Shown piece by piece: positions 59,123-64,000 of a stretch of 64,000 nt of DNA. The notes under the pieces are model-generated. The model worked only from the letters and a program-made list of their open reading frames with translations. It was not told the origin of the DNA and searched no databases. The translations under genes were made by a program, and so were the position numbers. How positions within the stretch are numbered: position 1 is the stretch's first letter; every line of letters starts with the position of its first letter. Origin of the DNA: Dehalococcoidia bacterium (GTDB lineage Bacteria; Chloroflexota; Dehalococcoidia; UBA2979); NCBI GenBank assembly GCA_965219085.1, contig OZ244720.1:704001-768000 (forward strand). The letters are read 5' to 3'.

Positions 59123-62019
59123 GAGGCGGGCGAGACCTATGCCTCCCAGGTGAAGGCGATCCGGGGCGAGGAGCGCAGTCAGCCATCGGGCGAGGCCCAG
59201 GTGCAGGTCCCCCACGCCGCCGCCGACCTCGCCCCCAGCGGGCTGACCGCCACGCTGGTCGAAGGCGGCGGCATGAGCCTGAGCTGGACCGCGCCGGCGG
59301 AGGACGCCGCCAGCGTCAGCGGCTACGAGATCCTGCGCGCCGTGGGCGACGGAGCGCTGACCACGGTGGTGTCCGACACCGGGAACACGGCCACCGCCTA
59401 CACGGACGCCACCGCGACCGAGGGGGGCCAGACCTACACCTACGAGGTGAAGGCGATCCGGGGCGAGGAGCGCAGCCAGGCCTCGGGCGAGGCCCGGGTC
59501 CAGGTCCCCCATGACGCCGTTGACCGCGCCCCCAGCGGTCTGACCGCCACGCTTGTCGAAGGCGGCGGCGTGAGCCTGACATGGGCCGCCCCGGCGGAGG
59601 ACGCCGACAGCGTCAGCAGCTACGAGATCCTGCGCGCCGTGGGCGACGGCGAGCCGGCCACGCTCGTGGCCGACACCAGTTCCACGGCTAGCACGTACGC
59701 CGACGCCACGGCGACCGAGGCGGGGGAGACCTACGCCTACCGTGTGAAGGCCATCCGGGACGAGGACCGCAGCGGGGCGTCCGGCGAGGCCCAGGTCCAG
59801 ATCCCCCATGCCGCCGTTGACCGCGCCCCCAGCGGCCTCGTCGCCACGCTGGTCGAAGGCGGCGGGGTGAGCCTGAGCTGGACGGCCCCGGCGGAGGACG
59901 CCGACAGCGTGACCGGCTACGAGATCCTGCGCGCTAAGGGCCAAGGCGGGCTGGCCACGCTGGTCGCCGACACCCAGTCCACGTGACCACCCATACGGAC
60001 GCTGCGGTTACGGAGGCCGGCGAGTCCTACACCTACGAGGTCAAGGCCATCCACGGCACCGAGAAGAGCGACGCCTCCAACCAGGCCGTGGTGGCCGTGC
60101 CACAGGCCGCCGAAGATCTGGCTCCCTCCAACCTGACAGCCGCGGTTGCCGAAGGCGGCGGCGTGACTCTGAGCTGGACCGCCCCTGCGCAGGACGCCGA
60201 CGGCGTCAGCGGCTACGAGATCCTGCGCGCCGTGGGCGGGGGAGAGCTGACCACCCTCGTGTCCGACACCGAGTCCACCGACGCGACCTACACCGACGTC
60301 ACCGCGACCGGGGCGGGCGAGACCTACGCCTACCAGGTGAAGGCCGTCCGCGGCGAGGACCGCAGCGAGCCCTCGGCCGAAGCTTCGGTCGCCCTGCTCG
60401 CGGCCGCCGTCGCGGCGTGCGAGTTCGATGCCGAGGGCGGTGATCTGCCCGCGGACAGGAGCACGGCCTGCACGCTCGAGGTCGGCGGTTCCGTGCGCGG
60501 CGAGCGCGGAGCGGCCAGCGATGTCGACTGGGTCCGGGTCGACCTGCAAGCCCTCGCCACCTACCAGTTCGACATGCGCGGCAAGTCGACCGGCTCCTGG
60601 CAGCTGGTCGACGGCGTGCCCGCCTTCGTCTCCGTGGGCACACTGGAGGATCCAAAGCTGCTGGGCATCTACGACGCCAGCGGCGCCCTGGTCGCGGGCA
60701 CGGACTCGGAGGTGGCGGGCACGGGCAAGGACAGCCGCATCGCGTCGTTCAGTCCCGCCGCCGACGGCGTCTATTACATCTCCGCCTCGGCCGAGGGCGC
60801 CTGGACGGGAACCTACGAACTCTCGCTGACGGTGACGGCCGGCACGCACGTGGCGGATCTGGCGTTGCTCGCCCCGACCGGCCTGACCGCCACCATTGCC
60901 GACGGCGGCGGATACACGCTGACGTGGACGGCCCCCGCGGAGGCGGCCGATTCGGTCACCGGCTACGAGATCCTGCGCGCCGTCGGCGAGGGAGCGCTGA
61001 GGACCCTCGTCGCCGACACCCGGTCTACGGCGACCGCCTACACGGACGCGACCGCCAGTCAACCGGGGACGAGCTACGCCTACCGCGCGATCGCCCTGCG
61101 CGACGGGGTGAAGAGCCAGCAGTCCAACGAGGCATCGGTCGACCTGCCGGTACGCGGCGGCGTGACGCTGACCTGCCCCGCGACCGACACCGATTGCAGC
61201 GGGACGGGACCGGCGGACCTGGCGGTCACGAAGACGGCCGCCGGGCTGCGGCTGAGCTGGAACCCGCCGCCGGAACCGACGCTGACCGGCGCCGAGACGA
61301 CGGTGCTGCAGTACCAGATCATGCGCTCGCCGGGCGATGACGACTACGGCCTCATGACCCGCGTCGACGCCGATGCGCGCAGCTACCTCGACACCACGGC
61401 GCGGCGCGGCCAGTACCGCTGCCAGGTGCGCGCGATCTATTTCGTGAACGAGGCCTGCGCCTCGCTGCGTGACATCGATGTGGACCTGATGATCGGCGGG
61501 ACCGAGTACGAGCCGGTCGACGGGCTGAGGTCGGACGGCACGACGCTGTGGGCCAGCGACCGTAGCAGGGCCGCCATTCTTGCGTTCAGGCTGTCAGACG
61601 GCGTCCGCGACGGTAGCAGGGACATCATCGCCGAGGACAACTCAGACCCCCGTGGTCTGTGGGGGCGCGAGGGCACGCTCTGGGCGCTGACCGAGTCCGG
61701 GTCCGGGAGCACGAAGATCACGCTGGATGGCTACTCCCTCACCGACGGGACATTCGGTAACCGCACGGCGCGGCTCACGCTGGGGCCCAAGGCGGACACC
61801 ACCGGTGCGCCGACATCGGGATACGGACTGTGGGCGGACGAGGACACCTTCTGGATATCGGAGGTGCCGTCCTCGTCCCTCTTCGCCTACGACTGGGCCG
61901 ACAGCGGGACGCTGGCCAGGAACCCGGGGAAGGAGCTGAGCCCGAGCATATCGTACGCCAGCCTCTCCACATCGATGTGGGGCGATGGGACGACGATGTG
62001 GATGGCCACCTCGCTCTCC

Positions 62020-62258
62020 GGGTCTTGAGAAGAACCGCTAGCGTCTCATGCTGCTGCTCGGCTTCACGAACCTGTTGCGAGCCGAGCCTCAGCTCGCCTG
62101 ATCGCGGGAGCGCTGCGTCCGAAATCGCTCCCGCAGGCGAGCCCGCAGCGGAATGGGAACGGGATCGCCCCCTGAACCGCGGCATCGGCCCCCGCAGCGC
62201 GGCTCGGGACGCCGATCGGCCCGCACCGCGCCCGATACGCCACCTGTTCAGACCTTCC
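62020..62258 (+). mobile_element. IS5 right-end fragment
   Basis: Nearly identical to ~54814-55052; followed by CTAA. Confidence 0.9.
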
Positions 62259-62565
62259 CTAACGTACGCGGGGGCGAGCGTCGCCGCGGGGAGCTTCGCC
62301 GCCGCAACCGCGCTCGACACGACGTGGACGGCGCCGGCGGCGACCACCGCCGATCAAGAGATCACGCTGACGCTGACAGTGACCGACGACAGCAGCCCCA
62401 CCAACAGCGCGGCGAGCACGGTGGTCGTGATCGTCAGGCCGGATCGGGCGCCGCTGGTGGAGGTCAGTCCAACGGCGGCGATCGTCGCCGGCGTCGCCCC
62501 CGAGGTGAGCCTGGAGGCGACGGTCACGGACCACGAGACCGACAGCGACGACCTGACTTACTTAA

Positions 62566-64000
62566 GCCCTGATCCACCGAAGAAGAGCGCGCGAGGGGCT
62601 GCGGTTGGGTGCTCCGCTGTAGCTGGGACAATGGGTTTTGAGAATTCACGTCACAGCCACAGGGAGCACCCATTCGATGCTAGCAGCGAGTAACCCCGAG
62701 CGGATAGACATCGCCTCAGGCGACGACCGCCTCGTGGACCACGCGGGCCTGCTGCTCCCCGCCACGCTCGCTGGCCGGCTCGGCCTCCGTGCACTGGCGG
62801 ACGCCCACCTCGACCTCGGTGACGCAGCGGGGCGCGCGAACGCCGGCGACAAGCTGCTGACCCTGGTCGCCTCGGCGCTCGCGGGCGGCGACTGCATCGA
62901 CGACGCCGCTGCGTTGCGCGCCGGCGGGACGGCGAGCGTGCTGGCTTGCACGGTCAAGGCGCCGTCCACCCTGGGCACGTTCTTGCGCAGCTTCCGCTGG
63001 GGCCACGTCCGCCAGCTCGACCGCGTCAGCCGCGCATTGCTCGCCCGCGCATGGGCGGCCGGGGCGGGACCCGGCGCGGCGCCGTTCACGATCGACCTCG
63101 ACTCGACGATCTGTGAGACCTACGGCCTGGCGAAGGAGGGCGCCCGCCACCACGGCTACACGGGCGTGCACGGCTACCACCCGCTGCTCGCCGTTGCGGC
63201 CGGGACGGGTGACGTGCTGATGGCGCGACTGCGCGAGGGCCGCGCCAACACCGCCCGCGGCGCCGCCCACTTCCTGCGTGAGACGGTGGCGCGGGTCCGC
63301 GACGCCGGGGCGAGCGGGCAGCTCACGGTGCGCGCCGACAGCGGCTCCTACAACCACGCGGTCGTCGCCGTCTGCCGCAAGCAGGATGTCCGCTTCTCGG
63401 TCACGATCCGCCAGCAGCCGAGCGTGCGTAGGCTGATCGAGGCGATACCGCAAGCGGACTGGACGCCGATCCCGTACTGGCTGCCGGGCGGCGCCGATGT
63501 CGCCGAGACGACCTACACGCCGTTCCAGCACACGGGGGACGCCAGCGCGGTCCGGCTCATCGTGCGGCGCGTCAAGCCGGCGCCCGGCTCACAGCTCGTA
63601 CAGCTACCACGCCTTCATCAGCGACCGCGCGGGGGAGATGATGGAGCTCGAGGCGGACCATCGCCGTCACGCCGAGGTCGAGAACGCGATCCGCGACCTC
63701 AAGTACGGCGTCGGGCTCAACCATCTCCCCTCGGGCCGCTTCGCCGCGAACGCGGCGTGGCTCGCGGTGCAGGTGATCGCGCACAACCTCGCCCGCTGGA
63801 CGGCACGGCTCGGGCTCGGCGAGGGAATCGTCACCACCAGGACGCTCAGGCGGCGCTATTTCGCCCTCGCCGGACGGCTCACCCACTCGGCACGGCGCTG
63901 GACCCTGCACCTCCCCAGGCGCTGGCCCTGGGCCGGTCAGCTGGCAGCCGCGCTCGCGCGACTACGGGCGATACCGCTCCCGGCCTGACGCCCGCTCACA
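62566..64000 (+). mobile_element. IS1380-family element (transposase 62677-63988, frameshifted near 63597; right end outside the window)
   Basis: APSTLGTFLRSF, IDLDST, GYHPL, VRADSG, VENAIRDLK..LPSGRFAAN; starts GCCCTGATCCACC after TTAA. Confidence 0.88.

Larger units (their letters stand above)
58044..62560 (+). pseudogene. Decayed FN3-repeat surface protein gene (signal-peptide remnant, ~8 FN3, PPC-like, propeller, Ig-like), broken by stops, a frameshift at ~59984 and IS insertions
   Basis: ORFs 58217..59986 and 59983..62028 join if one G is added; the first FN3 units are homologous to the N-terminus of 871..14910. Confidence 0.8.

Overview
GC-rich bacterial window, probably Chloroflexota (Dehalococcoidia-like; this is inference from the gene families, the LexA-box form and a PxTG-TM tail). 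It has four parts. (1) 1-14910: the tail of one surface-protein gene and a complete 4679-aa modular adhesin gene; both end in the same uncharacterised ~80-aa domain. (2) ~15200-42350: an integrative conjugative element at the 3' end of tRNA-Gln(CTG). It carries a large serine recombinase, an HTH regulator cluster, a minimal T4SS (VirB6-like, two pilins, PrgI-like, VirB4, VirD4, tandem Replic_Relax relaxase) and a leftward operon (primase, Rad52/22, 2x ssb, RadC, adenine MTase, SNF2 helicase). LexA-like boxes precede its key operons, and a perfect 44-bp palindrome separates the two arms. (3) 42349-51030: core genes (gltX, RluA family, lspA, Mo-oxidoreductase, malic enzyme, tRNA-Glu). (4) 51031-64000: a decayed island at tRNA-Glu with IS481, IS110/IS1111, IS5, IS1380, a two-component system and a broken FN3 adhesin. 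The main result is that all four guide segments of the IS110/IS1111 bridge RNA can be read from the sequence. Its target loop specifies TACAC-CT-AGCA, which is the right end of an IS481 element plus the flanking CTAG. Both IS110 copies in the window sit at such sites (for one copy the left half is reconstructed). All analysis was by eye; no database searches were run.
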